Source of the DNA: Pseudomonadota bacterium
Lineage (GTDB): Bacteria; Bdellovibrionota; Bdellovibrionia; Bdellovibrionales; Bdellovibrionaceae
Direction: 5' to 3'
DNA length: 64,000 bases
Assembly: GCA_041178425.1 (NCBI GenBank)
Contig: JBEGVH010000017.1
Span: 1-64,000 of the forward strand
The notes below the pieces were generated by a model, which saw only the letters and a list, made by a program, of their open reading frames with translations, was not told the DNA's origin and made no database searches. A program made the position numbers and the translations under genes. Positions 27,872 through 38,686 of this stretch are shown piece after piece (position 1 is the first letter of the stretch; every line of letters begins with the position of its first letter).

Positions 27872-29728
27872 TTATTTTGCGAGACTCTCGGGAAATAATC
27901 CATGATGGAGTGCGGTATTTTTAAGAAGCTGAAAGTTTGGTGAGGATTCAATTGGGTTTCCCTCGGAGTTTCGTGCAAAAACCTCTGCGACAGCAGAGGG
28001 AATATCGGGAGCATCTGTTTCCAAAGGAGTCAGGAATAATTTTTGGGCAAGAGTTTCCCCTTGTTCTGATCCGTGTGTTGCAATGAGTGCAAGTCGAGTG
28101 TTCCAAGCCCATCCGCTCCAGGCTTGCGCGCGTTGGTAGGCGGCGTAACGATCATCTTCATCAGGATTAGTTTTGGGGATAAATTGAACGGTTAGTTCGG
28201 CAGTTCGCATCGATCCACTTGTTTTTTTGAAGATTTTTTGGCCAATCAGAGGTTGTTTAGTCATAAAAGTAGCTAAGACGTCTCCCATTCCCTCCGAGAG
28301 AGATATGTCGTTGATACCTCCAAAGACGTCGTCGGCAAAGTGGGCGTACTCGTGATAGAGAGCGGTGTCGAAGGCACTATTTCGGCAGTCGGAGGTTTCA
28401 TCATAAAAAGTAACAACACCATTGCGATAATGGGCATTGCACATTTGGATATTAGAGTTTACTCGTGCGTTTAACACACTGTTAAGAGGTTTTTGATCGA
28501 GCCCGACCTGGTTGATTAAAAAATCATGGGCTCTGGTCAAATAAACAAAAGCATTGACCATAGCTCCCTGTCGCTTTGACTTTTGGGGATTATAGATAAT
28601 GTCTGAATTGTTCGCCTTAGAAACCTCAATTTCGGGAGGCTCTTCTCCAGCATCTAGAACGTCAACAAATGGATTCCTGAGTAAAAATGAAAGCGTTTTA
28701 GCAGGGTGAAGAGTGCTAAGAAGGCCATTTTGGTCGGCTATTAAGATTTGATCAATAGGAGTTTTCGACGTTGCCAGGCTCAGAGGAAAGGGTTGCCATT
28801 CATCCGTATTGCCTAACTCTGGCGTTGCCATGCCGATCAGATTTAGAGTCTTGTATTCTGAACCTTCAATCTGACGTGGCCGTAAATAGGGACTCTTTCT
28901 CGACGCCGCAACCTCAGTGTTTCGAGTTTCCCATTGGCCCGTTCTAACATCAACAAAGTATGTTTTGGGTGAATCTTTAAGTTGAACTTTCCAAGAGGGT
29001 TTCCATTTTTTATCAGTATAATTCCAAACACCCTCAATGTTCCAAATGGGTGCTGCCGTTTTTTCATGTGATTGAAGGCTCAGGATGGCCTCTTTTTTGG
29101 AAGTTCTAATGGAAAACTCCTCTGGAAACGGAGTGTGAAGATTATGTTGAACGAGTGAAAGTTTGTAGTTTTCGGAATCCTTCGAAAAGGCCATGACTCG
29201 CAAGTGGGCAGATGGAACGATAAAACCTTGAACTTTAATTTTAAAATTCAAGAATATTTCTTTGTGACCGTGGCGAGTCTTTCTAGCTGAAATTCGCGGA
29301 TAGAAATGATGCAACGACAGGTGCTTAGGCCAAGCAATCTCGCTTTTTACTTTTTGCAGTATTAGTGAACTTAAATCGGTGGCTTTGCGGGAATGGACCC
29401 ACCAGGTATCGGGAAATATCACTGATACTGGCGAAGAACTCTTTTGGATAGGTCTAAACACGTGAGGGTTCAAATTTGGCTTCAATGGGCGCTGCTGGTT
29501 GTGACCATCCTCTTTTGCGGGGCGAATGGAAGAGTTTTGAAAACCGTTTAAAGCCTTTTGATGATCATTCTTTGAGAACAATGTTTTTGTGGATTGATCC
29601 AATTTCAGTACGATAGTTTCGGAGAAAGAGTTCAGGAGGTTTAAAGAAAACCCCAGTGTCAAAAGCAACAGGAAAAAAAAGAAAACCAAGAATGAACCTG
29701 CTTTGGAAGGGTGACGATCATTTTTCAT
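27872..29728 (-). CDS. Thermolysin/fungalysin-like (M4/M36) zinc metallopeptidase with long propeptide
   Basis: N-terminal hydrophobic segment, PepSY-like YFVDVRTG, CNAHY, YHEYAH (HExxH) and SLSEGMGD (third ligand). Confidence 0.75.
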   Translation of the reverse strand: MKNDRHPSKAGSFLVFFFFLLLLTLGFSLNLLNSFSETIVLKLDQSTKTLFSKNDHQKALNGFQNSSIRPAKEDGHNQQRPLKPNLNPHVFRPIQKSSSPVSVIFPDTWWVHSRKATDLSSLILQKVKSEIAWPKHLSLHHFYPRISARKTRHGHKEIFLNFKIKVQGFIVPSAHLRVMAFSKDSENYKLSLVQHNLHTPFPEEFSIRTSKKEAILSLQSHEKTAAPIWNIEGVWNYTDKKWKPSWKVQLKDSPKTYFVDVRTGQWETRNTEVAASRKSPYLRPRQIEGSEYKTLNLIGMATPELGNTDEWQPFPLSLATSKTPIDQILIADQNGLLSTLHPAKTLSFLLRNPFVDVLDAGEEPPEIEVSKANNSDIIYNPQKSKRQGAMVNAFVYLTRAHDFLINQVGLDQKPLNSVLNARVNSNIQMCNAHYRNGVVTFYDETSDCRNSAFDTALYHEYAHFADDVFGGINDISLSEGMGDVLATFMTKQPLIGQKIFKKTSGSMRTAELTVQFIPKTNPDEDDRYAAYQRAQAWSGWAWNTRLALIATHGSEQGETLAQKLFLTPLETDAPDIPSAVAEVFARNSEGNPIESSPNFQLLKNTALHHGLFPESLAK

Positions 29729-29877
29729 TCGATATCCTAAGTGACTGTCTCAAAAAAGCTCCAAGTTCTTGGGATCTTTAAATTAACAGAGGTCGACAGC
29801 AGGGAGATAATAATGTTCCCTTCATCAGAAGACTTTACTTAGGTGGGGGCAAAGAATGTCACAGCCGACGTAGAGGA

Positions 29878-30807
29878 TTATTCCATTTTCGTTCGGTGCT
29901 CTGTTACCAAGGTGCTGAGAAGCCCATCCTTTAGGCCTACATAGGGTATCACCAGTTTCTGTACCCCTGTTTGGAGCATGACAAGTTTAGTGATGAGCAT
30001 GGCAGGTACGATAACATCGGCTCGGTCGGGTCGCAGCTTTAATTTAGACGTTCGTTGTTTGGTGGGAACGGCACGAACTCGATCAATCAATCGATTAAGT
30101 TCATCGATGGTTAAATAGGTTCCTGGGTGTTTTCGTAAAAGTTGGAGTTTAAGTTTGCCCATTGCCTCTAAGTTCCCTCCGGTGCCGATGGCATACAAAA
30201 GAGGTGTTTCGGGAGATCGATTGGCGGCAATAAAGTTCTGGATTTCGGCTACCGATTCAACGAGGAGAAAGGGAATGTCAGCTTCTTTGAGTTTACGTTT
30301 CTTAATCTGTTCTAGCAGGCGAACCGTTCCGAGAGGAAAGCTTTTGGTTGCTACGGGTCGACCTTTCAGGGCAAATGTGAGTTCAACCGATCCTCCGCCA
30401 ATATCTAAGAGGAGAACATGGTAGGGAACTAAATTAATTTCATTTTGTACCGCAGAAAATATAAGTTGGGCCTCTTGAAGTCCATCGATGAGATCGATAT
30501 GGAGGCCTGATTTTTTGGAAATATGTGCTATCACTTCGTCCCGGTTGGTGGCCTCTCGGAGTGCACTCGTTGCTACGACCTTATAGTGGTGAATCTTGTA
30601 TTTTGTCAGAATCCTCTGGAAGGCTTTGAACGTTTCGGTGGCTTTAGCAAGAGTCTTTTTACTGATTTTACCTTTATCAAAAACATCGGCTCCCAGGCGA
30701 ACGGCTGCTCGGTACTTTTTGAGGACCTGGTAATGGTGATTTTCAATGTTCTTGGCGATCACAAGTCGTATGGCATTTGAACCGATATCAATGGCTGCTA
30801 AATTCAT
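29878..30807 (-). CDS. ppx: Exopolyphosphatase Ppx/GppA (short form)
   Basis: AAIDIGSNAIRL, VATSALREA, DIGGGSVE, RADVIVP and GLKDG. Confidence 0.92.
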   Translation of the reverse strand: MNLAAIDIGSNAIRLVIAKNIENHHYQVLKKYRAAVRLGADVFDKGKISKKTLAKATETFKAFQRILTKYKIHHYKVVATSALREATNRDEVIAHISKKSGLHIDLIDGLQEAQLIFSAVQNEINLVPYHVLLLDIGGGSVELTFALKGRPVATKSFPLGTVRLLEQIKKRKLKEADIPFLLVESVAEIQNFIAANRSPETPLLYAIGTGGNLEAMGKLKLQLLRKHPGTYLTIDELNRLIDRVRAVPTKQRTSKLKLRPDRADVIVPAMLITKLVMLQTGVQKLVIPYVGLKDGLLSTLVTEHRTKME

Positions 30808-30954
30808 ATAAATCCTATCTTATTCTCCATAGTTAGAGATTTGCAAATGGAAAGCCGAGTCGTCACGCTTTATTTGGTTGCCATCCATTGCAGGCCACAC
30901 CTACTGTGATCGGCATTGGAATTTTGTATTGAAATGGGGCGATGGGGACGACTA

Positions 30955-30972
30955 TCTTAACCAATTCTTAAC
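30955..30972 (+). promoter_or_regulatory. Putative Pho box (tandem TCTTAAC, 11-bp period)
   Basis: TCTTAAC-CAAT-TCTTAAC about 60 nt upstream of pstS, in the divergent ppx/pstS spacer; phoBR lies in the same operon. Confidence 0.55.
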
Positions 30973-31030
30973 GGGACAATGGAAAGACTTATTTTTAATA
31001 ATCCGTCCAAACGACGAGGAGGACTCAATC

Positions 31031-32032
31031 ATGAAGGCTTCAATCATTTTATTTACGGCGTTATTAGGTGCTGGCCCTTTGCTTCAGGCCGGCGAAGCGA
31101 TGATCAAAATCGATGGATCGAGTACTGTGTTTCCCATCACCGAAGCCATGGCAGAAGAATTTCAGGCGCAAGAACGCGGGGCGGTTAAAGTCACTGTCGG
31201 TATTTCTGGAACGGGTGGGGGTTTTAAAAAGTTTTGCCGCGGAGAAATTGATGTTCAGGATGCTAGTCGTCCAATCACAGACAAAGAAATGTCTGATTGT
31301 GCGAAAAATAAGGTCAAATACGTCGAGCTACCGGTGGCTTTCGATGCCATGGCTATCGTGGTGAACCCTAAAAATAACTGGCTCAACGACATCACGGTTG
31401 CCCAGCTCAAAACGATGTGGGCTCCTGAGGCTCAGGGAAAAATAGTCACTTGGAATCAAGTGGATGCTCGTTGGCCTTCGGTTCCTCTGAAGCTTTATGG
31501 TGCAGGAAGTGATTCTGGAACTTTTGACTACTTCACAGAAGCTATTGTCGGCAAAGCGAAATCGAGTCGCGGGGATTATACGGCGAGTGAAGACGACAAT
31601 ACCCTGGTTCAGGGTGTTGTGAATGATAAAAATGGATTAGCTTATTTGCCTTTGTCTTATTATGAAGAAAACAAATCTAAGCTGAAGTTGGTTGGCGTGA
31701 TCGGTGGCGACAAGTCACCCAAAAAAGGTTTGGCGGTAAAGCCAACAAAAGAGACCGTCGAGAATGGTACTTATTTTCCGTTGTCGCGACCTCTCTTTAT
31801 TTATGTGAGTGAATCGGCTCTAAAAAGAGCCGAAGTACGTAAATTCGCTGAATTTTATTTAAAGAATGCGTCATCATTTGTTCCTGAGGTGAAATATGTT
31901 GCCTTGCCCGCAAAGTCCTACGAACTTGCAAAGCAACGGTTAGCAAAAAATCAACTCGGTACTGTGTTCAGTGGGCACTCCGAAGTGGGAATGAAAATTG
32001 AAGACCTCCTAAAGAAAGAAACTAAGCTTTAA
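31031..32032 (+). CDS. pstS: Phosphate ABC transporter substrate-binding protein PstS
   Basis: GGAGGA RBS before MKASIIL signal peptide; IDGSSTVFP, SGTGGGFKKF, DSGTFDYF and YFPLSRPLFIY. Confidence 0.95.
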   Translation: MKASIILFTALLGAGPLLQAGEAMIKIDGSSTVFPITEAMAEEFQAQERGAVKVTVGISGTGGGFKKFCRGEIDVQDASRPITDKEMSDCAKNKVKYVELPVAFDAMAIVVNPKNNWLNDITVAQLKTMWAPEAQGKIVTWNQVDARWPSVPLKLYGAGSDSGTFDYFTEAIVGKAKSSRGDYTASEDDNTLVQGVVNDKNGLAYLPLSYYEENKSKLKLVGVIGGDKSPKKGLAVKPTKETVENGTYFPLSRPLFIYVSESALKRAEVRKFAEFYLKNASSFVPEVKYVALPAKSYELAKQRLAKNQLGTVFSGHSEVGMKIEDLLKKETKL

Positions 32033-32085
32033 AGCACTGTTGGTAGTGTCGGCTTGAAGTTTCAAAAATTGTTTTCGGGGGTTGA

Positions 32086-33024
32086 TTGGAAAGGGCACTT
32101 CGTTTGGCTGTGACATCCAGAAAAAAGGACGCGGCGCTTCGGCGGCGTTTCCACCAAAAAGCCTCTGAATTTGTGATTGAGTCGCTTCTTTTTCTTTCGG
32201 CTCTAGTCAGTATTTTTCTTACGATTGCTATTGCAGGGATTCTTATAAAAGAATCTCTGCCTTTTTTTGAGCACGTTTCTATCAAGGAGTTTCTGACAGG
32301 TACAGAATGGACTCCGATGTTTGATGATGCTAGGTTTGGCATTTTGCCACTCGTTAGTGGTACTCTTCTCACTTCTGTGATTGCTCTCGCTGTCGCTATA
32401 CCTCTTGGAACGATTGCTGCGATTTATCTCTCTGAGTTTGTTACTCCTAAGACGCGAGAGATTTTTAAGCCGTGTTTGGAGTTGTTGAGTGCAGTTCCTA
32501 CGGTAGTGTACGGATACTTTGCTCTCTTGTTTGTAACTCCGATTCTAAGAAATATTTTTCCAGATATTGGTTTCAATGTTTTGAGTGCTGGGCTCGTTAT
32601 TGGTGTTATGATCATACCCTATGTGAGTTCTCTCTCTGAAGATGCGATGCGTGCTGTTCCTAACTATTTGCGCGAAGGGTCTTATGCCATGGGTGCAACG
32701 CGCATTGAAACGGCTTTTAAGGTTGTTTTTCCGGCGGCCTTGTCGGGAATTACCTCCGCTTATATTTTGGGAATTTCTCGCGCCATCGGAGAGACCATGG
32801 TGGTGGCCATTGCTGCGGGCATGCAGCCGAACCTCACGTTAAACCCGTTGGAACCATCAGAGACAATCACTGCTTTTATTGTTCAGGTGAGCATGGGTGA
32901 TCTGCCTCACGGGTCAATTGGCTATCAGAGTATCTACGTGGCTGGTTTAACGTTATTGTTAATTACTTTTATTTTTAATGTGATCGGGTTTGTTTTGCGT
33001 CGTATGTTTAGAGAGGCCTATTGA
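32086..33024 (+). CDS. pstC: Phosphate ABC transporter permease PstC
   Basis: FGILPL, ELLSAVPTVVYG, SEDAMRAVP and RAIGETM. Confidence 0.95.
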   Translation: MERALRLAVTSRKKDAALRRRFHQKASEFVIESLLFLSALVSIFLTIAIAGILIKESLPFFEHVSIKEFLTGTEWTPMFDDARFGILPLVSGTLLTSVIALAVAIPLGTIAAIYLSEFVTPKTREIFKPCLELLSAVPTVVYGYFALLFVTPILRNIFPDIGFNVLSAGLVIGVMIIPYVSSLSEDAMRAVPNYLREGSYAMGATRIETAFKVVFPAALSGITSAYILGISRAIGETMVVAIAAGMQPNLTLNPLEPSETITAFIVQVSMGDLPHGSIGYQSIYVAGLTLLLITFIFNVIGFVLRRMFREAY

Positions 33025-33947
33025 TGGAAACTCAATCCAGTCAGGAGCTTCAGCAGCTCATACAGCGAAAAAAAATTATCAATAGCCTTGCGGCCCTGTT
33101 TGGTTTTTTGACTCTGGTGTTTGCTCTGATTGTGGTTCTTGTGTTGTTTTATGATTTGGCAAAAACAGGAGTTCCTCGATTAAGCACCGAATTTTTTATG
33201 AATTTTCCTTCGCGCTTTGCTGGGCGAGCAGGGATTCTTTCTGCGTGGGTGGGTACTTTGGCTGTCATGATGGTCACTGCCCTCTGTGCAATTCCACTGG
33301 GGGTTGCCTCTGGCATTTACCTTGAGGAATATGCTCCTAAAAATTGGCTTACCACTTTTATTGAGTTAAATATTGTCAATCTGGCCGCTGTTCCCTCAAT
33401 AACCTTTGGGCTCATGGCCCTCGGAATTTTTGTTTATCAGTTTGGATTTGGAAACAGTATTTTAACGGCGGGGTTGACCCTCGGTCTTCTGGTGTTACCT
33501 ATTGTTATCGTGGCTACGAGAGAGTCTTTGCGAGCGATTCCACAGACGATTCGCGAAGCCTCGATGTCGCTCGGGGCCAGTCGTTGGCAAACCGTGCGAG
33601 ATCATTTGATTCCTTATAGCTCTGGTGGTGTTCTGACGGGTGTAATTATTGCTTTATCTCGGGCTATCGGAGAAACAGCGCCGCTCATTACTATTGGAGC
33701 GCTAACATTTATTGCTTTCTTGCCTCACCCTCCGGTGCTGCTGGAGCCGCCGTTTATTAGTTTTGAGTGGCTCAAAGATTCATTCACCGTTCTTCCGATT
33801 CAACTATTTAATTGGGTGAGCCGACCTCAAGAGGAATTTCATGTGAACGCTGCCGCTACGGGAGTGGTTCTTTTAAGTTTAACCTTGATGATGAATGCCG
33901 TGGCAATCTACTTAAGGTATCGCTTTAGAAAAGGAATTAAATGGTAA
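33024..33947 (+). CDS. pstA: Phosphate ABC transporter permease PstA
   Basis: [16 protein letters not shown] and [15 protein letters not shown] coupling to pstC. Confidence 0.95.
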   Translation: METQSSQELQQLIQRKKIINSLAALFGFLTLVFALIVVLVLFYDLAKTGVPRLSTEFFMNFPSRFAGRAGILSAWVGTLAVMMVTALCAIPLGVASGIYLEEYAPKNWLTTFIELNIVNLAAVPSITFGLMALGIFVYQFGFGNSILTAGLTLGLLVLPIVIVATRESLRAIPQTIREASMSLGASRWQTVRDHLIPYSSGGVLTGVIIALSRAIGETAPLITIGALTFIAFLPHPPVLLEPPFISFEWLKDSFTVLPIQLFNWVSRPQEEFHVNAAATGVVLLSLTLMMNAVAIYLRYRFRKGIKW

Positions 33948-34717
33948 CCGAAACGCCATCAATCAAGGCTGACATAAAAGAACTCAAGTTTTTCTATGGT
34001 GCCAAACAAATTTTAAATTCAGTTTCAATGCCGATTTACAAGGATCGGTTGACGGCACTTATTGGTCCATCCGGATGTGGCAAAACAACTTTACTGAGGT
34101 GTTTTAATCGGATGCACGATCTTTATGCGGATACTTCTTATAAGGGACTGATTCAGCTTCAGCCTGGAGAAATAAATATTCTTGATCCCAAAGTTGACCC
34201 CATTGAAATTCGCATGCGTATTTCGATGGTGTTTCAAAAGCCAAATCCTTTTCCCAAGTCCATTTTTGAAAATACGGTTTATGGCTTGAAGGTCAGAGGG
34301 GTCAAAAAACGTTCTGTATTGATGGATCGTGCGGAACAGGCTCTGAAAGATGCGGCGCTATGGGATGAAGTTAAAGATCGTTTAGATTCATCGGCACAAG
34401 GTCTTTCGGGTGGTCAGCAGCAGAGGCTTTGTATTGCTCGGGCTCTTGCTATTGAACCTGAGATTTTACTGCTAGATGAGCCGACCTCAGCCCTCGATCC
34501 AATCTCCACTGGAGCCATCGAAGAGTTGGTGATGCAATTGAAAAACAAAGTCACTATCATTATGGTGACCCATAATATGCACCAGGCAGCGCGAGTTTCC
34601 GATTATACGGCCTTCATGTATATGGGTGATTTAGTTGAGTTTGGAGAAACAACTCAATTGTTCACTTGCCCAAGAGACACTCGAACCGAAAATTATATTA
34701 CCGGTCGATTCGGTTAG
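33941..34717 (+). CDS. pstB: Phosphate ABC transporter ATPase PstB
   Basis: [28 protein letters not shown] and [10 protein letters not shown]. Confidence 0.97.
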   Translation: MVTETPSIKADIKELKFFYGAKQILNSVSMPIYKDRLTALIGPSGCGKTTLLRCFNRMHDLYADTSYKGLIQLQPGEINILDPKVDPIEIRMRISMVFQKPNPFPKSIFENTVYGLKVRGVKKRSVLMDRAEQALKDAALWDEVKDRLDSSAQGLSGGQQQRLCIARALAIEPEILLLDEPTSALDPISTGAIEELVMQLKNKVTIIMVTHNMHQAARVSDYTAFMYMGDLVEFGETTQLFTCPRDTRTENYITGRFG

Positions 34718-34781
34718 GGGTTGTCAAAGCCGGGGGCTCTGTTAGACTTTGAGTTTAATCAGCAGCGGTGGGAGGATGTCG

Positions 34782-35447
34782 ATGGAAAGGCATTTTGAGA
34801 CAAAGATTGAGGAACTCAAAAGAATTTTAGTGTTAATGGGAGCCTATGTTGAAAAAGCTCTCGAAGAAGCGGCAGAGTCACTGTTAAAAGAAGACCGAAA
34901 TCGTTTTCAAATAGTTCATGAAATCGAAGATAAAATCAATAGCGAGCAGCTTCATATTGATAATTTCTGTATGGAATTATTGGCCAAACAGGGGCCTGTG
35001 GCTAAAGATCTCCGCTTCATTGTCGCGGTCATCAAGATCAATACCGACCTTGAACGCATGGGTGATCAGTGTGTGAATATTGCTTATAATGGCTTGGATT
35101 ACCTACAGCATGGCTACAAAATTGATTGTCCCGAAATCAACGAAATGGTGGCCGATGTAAAAGCAATGGTTAAACAATCATTGGATGCCTTTGTTAAAAA
35201 CGACGAAAAACTCGCTCAAAAAGTGATGCTGATGGATGACTCCGTTGATAAAAATAAAAATGCTGTGTTTCGTCGACTCGAGGAGTGGATGATGAAAAAT
35301 CCGCAGCACATTCGTCCGGCTCTCAATCTTATTTTAATCGCTCGCAATTTAGAGCGATTGGGTGATCATGCCACTAATATCGCCGAAGATGTTATTTTTG
35401 CCTCCTCCGGACGAGATATACGACATGGTCGGGAATCGCGAACGTAA
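34782..35447 (+). CDS. phoU: Phosphate signalling complex protein PhoU
   Basis: GGAGG RBS; PVAKDLR, DLERMGD and NLERLGDHATNIAEDV. Confidence 0.95.
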   Translation: MERHFETKIEELKRILVLMGAYVEKALEEAAESLLKEDRNRFQIVHEIEDKINSEQLHIDNFCMELLAKQGPVAKDLRFIVAVIKINTDLERMGDQCVNIAYNGLDYLQHGYKIDCPEINEMVADVKAMVKQSLDAFVKNDEKLAQKVMLMDDSVDKNKNAVFRRLEEWMMKNPQHIRPALNLILIARNLERLGDHATNIAEDVIFASSGRDIRHGRESRT

Positions 35448-35468
35448 AAGCGAAGAAAGTGAAGTGTT

Positions 35469-36176
35469 ATGACGAATAAGAGCGTTGTTATTATCGAAGA
35501 TGAATCAGAAATCCGAGATCTTGTTCAAATACTTCTTACTCGTCAGGGCTTTCGAGTCGTTGCTCTTGGAAGCGTTGAGGAATTTCGTCAGTGGCATGTC
35601 AATAATCCTAGTTTACCCATTGATCTTATTGTTCTCGATTGGATGTTGCCTGGAGAGAGTGGTTTTGATTTTTTAAAAGATGCTCGTCAACATCCTGATC
35701 TCAAGCTGATTCCCGTGATTATGGTGACGGCTAAAGCGGAGCCAGAAGAGGTGGTCTCGGGGCTCGAAAACGGAGCCGATGACTATTTAGTTAAGCCCTT
35801 TGATGGGTCGGTATTGGTGGCCAGAGTCAAAGCCCTTTTGCGAAGAGCAGGCAAGCCCGACCTCGTAGAAGTCATCGAGTTCGAAAAACTAAAAATCAAT
35901 TTGCAAAGTTTTGAAGCTTTACTTGATGGCGAAAAGCTTCCATTAACGGCCACTGAGTTTAAATTGTTATCAACAATGGCTCAAAGAGTTGGGAAAGTTT
36001 TTACTCGTGAACAATTAGTTCAGGCTGTACAGGGAGAAGGGGTTAATGTCATTGGTCGCACCGTTGACACCCATGTTTTTTCTCTTCGAAAAAAACTCGG
36101 ACCACTTGGCGATTGCATCGAAACTTGTCGTGGAATTGGTTATCGCTTTCGTGAGTTAGAAGGTACTACGATATGA
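35469..36176 (+). CDS. phoB: OmpR/PhoB-family response regulator
   Basis: LDWMLPGESG, GADDYLVKPF and RTVDTHV...LRKKL winged helix; in the pst operon. Confidence 0.85.
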   Translation: MTNKSVVIIEDESEIRDLVQILLTRQGFRVVALGSVEEFRQWHVNNPSLPIDLIVLDWMLPGESGFDFLKDARQHPDLKLIPVIMVTAKAEPEEVVSGLENGADDYLVKPFDGSVLVARVKALLRRAGKPDLVEVIEFEKLKINLQSFEALLDGEKLPLTATEFKLLSTMAQRVGKVFTREQLVQAVQGEGVNVIGRTVDTHVFSLRKKLGPLGDCIETCRGIGYRFRELEGTTI

Positions 36177-37624
36177 AAGCCTATTTTCCTCAACGAATTT
36201 TTTGGCGCAGTTTTTGGAGTCATGTGAGCGCCTATCTTTTTGTGGTTTTGTTTGGTTTAGGGGTTGGGTTTTGGTTTTTGATTCCTGAGTTGGGGCAAGT
36301 TTCGCTGACCGAGTTTAGAAAGCTCCTTTGGCCTTGGCTTTTGAAGGTATTGCCCCTTCTGAGTATTTACATGGTGTTGGTTTCTCTGTGGTTCTCTTAT
36401 CATACCGTCAAGCCTCTGGCTCAAATCATTAAGACGGTGAGGGGAATGGTGAATCGTCGAGGATTGGCGGAGGCCGATCTTGATGATGAAGATAATTTTG
36501 AAGAAGAAGAAGGGGAGTATTACGAGCTTGATGTGGCGTTGAATCGCGTGCGCCGTAAACTCAAAAAAAAGTACGATCAATTGGATCAGCTTCGTGAAGA
36601 GAGCGAAACGCTCATGATGTCGATGGCGGATGCGGTTGTGAGTGTAGACGGACAACAGCGTTTGGTGTTTTTTAACTCGCACTTTGCTGCCCATTTTTTA
36701 ACACAGGCTCAGGCCCAAAGAACCACGCATTTGTCTGATGTACTTCGAGATCCTGAGCTTTTGAGTCTCGTTAATAATGCTATTAGCAGAGGACAAATGG
36801 GTGAGCGCTCGATCAGTTTAACGTCCGTGCTTGAGGGGCGTGAAAGAGATTATGGAATAGCGATTTCACCTCTGAGGAGGCCCGATGAAGGCCCGATTTA
36901 CGGAGCTTTAATTGTTTTTCACGATATCACCCATTTGAAATCAGCGGAAAGAATGCGAATCGAATTTTTGAGTAATGTTAGTCATGAGCTACGAACTCCA
37001 CTCACTACAATTAAAGGTTACGTTGATTTACTCAATGATGACCTAACTGCTGGAAAACTCGAAGGTGCGCAGCAATTTGCTCCAATTCTATCACGCAATA
37101 TTAATCGCTTGGTTGATTTGGTAAACGATTTATTGCTCATTTCAAAGCTCGAGTCTAACCCAGAGTTGCAGATCGAAGTGAACGATACTCATCGTATTTC
37201 TGACAATATGAAAGAAGAGTTTTCGCAGGCTCTTCAAAAAAAACAACAAACGATTATTGCTACAGTATCGGCACCAGTGATAAAGGCGGATCCTATAAAA
37301 TTGCAGCAAATTCTTCGGAACCTAATTTCAAATGCTATTCGATATGGCCCCGAGAAAGGTCAGATTGAGATGAAATGGTTGCCAGTTTCAAACGGCATCG
37401 AATTGCGCGTAAAGGACTACGGTCAGGGCATTTCAGAACAACACCAAGCACGTTTGTTCGAGCGATTTTATCGGGTCGATAAAGGGCGTTCGCGCGAGCT
37501 AGGTGGTACGGGATTGGGTCTTGCGATTGTGAAGCATTTGATGTTAGCTCATCGGGGCACAATCAGTGTGCGGAGTAAATTGGGTGAGGGTAGTGAGTTT
37601 ATTTGTTTTTTTCCGCAGAGCTAG
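36173..37624 (+). CDS. phoR: Sensor histidine kinase PhoR (TM-HAMP-PAS-HisKA-HATPase)
   Basis: NVSHELRTPLT, NLISNAIRY, FERFYRVDKGRSRELGGTGLGLAIVKH. Confidence 0.9.
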   Translation: MKAYFPQRIFWRSFWSHVSAYLFVVLFGLGVGFWFLIPELGQVSLTEFRKLLWPWLLKVLPLLSIYMVLVSLWFSYHTVKPLAQIIKTVRGMVNRRGLAEADLDDEDNFEEEEGEYYELDVALNRVRRKLKKKYDQLDQLREESETLMMSMADAVVSVDGQQRLVFFNSHFAAHFLTQAQAQRTTHLSDVLRDPELLSLVNNAISRGQMGERSISLTSVLEGRERDYGIAISPLRRPDEGPIYGALIVFHDITHLKSAERMRIEFLSNVSHELRTPLTTIKGYVDLLNDDLTAGKLEGAQQFAPILSRNINRLVDLVNDLLLISKLESNPELQIEVNDTHRISDNMKEEFSQALQKKQQTIIATVSAPVIKADPIKLQQILRNLISNAIRYGPEKGQIEMKWLPVSNGIELRVKDYGQGISEQHQARLFERFYRVDKGRSRELGGTGLGLAIVKHLMLAHRGTISVRSKLGEGSEFICFFPQS

Positions 37625-37655
37625 TGAGATCCTTCTGAAAACTAAAAGGTAATTT

Positions 37656-38675
37656 ATGGTGCTGATACAAAATGATGTTGATTTATCGTCTCTCAATACT
37701 CTGCGCGTACCAGCGAAGGCGACCTATTTTAGTGCCTTTAAAACAGTTTCCGAATTAACTCAAATTTTAAACGAACATCGAATGCTGACATCCAAAATTT
37801 TGTGCCTTGGAAGCGGAAGTAATATTCTTTTTACTCAAGATTTTGATGGTCTGATTTTAAAAAATGAAATTCTTGGAATTCATGAAGTTGAAGAGACCGA
37901 AGAGTCAATTTTGTTGCGAGTCGGCGCTGGGGTGATTTGGCACGAATTCGTTGAATTTTGTTTATTGAAAGGATGGGCGGGGATCGAAAATCTTTCTCTG
38001 ATTCCTGGTACTGTCGGAGCGGCGCCTATTCAAAATATTGGTGCCTATGGCGTCGAAGTCAAAGATACCATTGAATGGGTAGAAATTATCGATATCGCCA
38101 CTGGTGAGCTCTCTGAAATTCAGGCGTCTGATTGCCATTTTGGTTATCGCGATAGTATTTTTAAAGGTGAGGCCAAAGGTAAATTTATTGTTACCGGAGT
38201 TTGTTTTCGATTGAAGAAAAAGACGAAGGTAAACATCTCCTATGGTGCCATTGAGGGAGAGTTAAAGAAACGAAATATCGAGGATCCTTCGATTCAAGAT
38301 GTTGCTCAGGTCGTTATGGCGATTCGTCGTTCAAAGCTGCCTGATCCAAAGCTTATAGGAAATGCGGGGAGTTTTTTTAAAAACCCTGTTGTGTCTCAAG
38401 ATCAGTTCGATGAATTAAAGAACAAACACCCAAACATTGTTTCTTATCCAGATAAAACGGGAAACGTGAAGTTAGCGGCAGGGTGGTTAATTGAACAAGT
38501 TGGCCTAAAAGGTTTTCGCGAGGGCAACTGTGGTGTTCATAAGGATCAAGCTCTTGTTCTGGTAAACTACGGTGGCGCTAAGGGTTGGGAAATATTGGCC
38601 TTGGCCAATAAAGTGAAGCAAGTCGTTTACGCCCAATTTAGTGTGGCCCTTGAAACGGAAGTTAACATTTTTTGA
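37656..38675 (+). CDS. murB: UDP-N-acetylmuramate dehydrogenase MurB
   Basis: GSGSNILF, ENLSLIPGTVGAAPIQNIGAYG, FGYRDS, GNAGSFFKNP and LETEV. Confidence 0.96.
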   Translation: MVLIQNDVDLSSLNTLRVPAKATYFSAFKTVSELTQILNEHRMLTSKILCLGSGSNILFTQDFDGLILKNEILGIHEVEETEESILLRVGAGVIWHEFVEFCLLKGWAGIENLSLIPGTVGAAPIQNIGAYGVEVKDTIEWVEIIDIATGELSEIQASDCHFGYRDSIFKGEAKGKFIVTGVCFRLKKKTKVNISYGAIEGELKKRNIEDPSIQDVAQVVMAIRRSKLPDPKLIGNAGSFFKNPVVSQDQFDELKNKHPNIVSYPDKTGNVKLAAGWLIEQVGLKGFREGNCGVHKDQALVLVNYGGAKGWEILALANKVKQVVYAQFSVALETEVNIF

Positions 38676-38686
38676 GTTTCTTATTC

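Noticed and set aside
30878..31030. 51-aa N-terminal extension on PstS from the ORF track
   Set aside because: A strong RBS and signal peptide begin at ATG 31031; the upstream stretch is promoter DNA.
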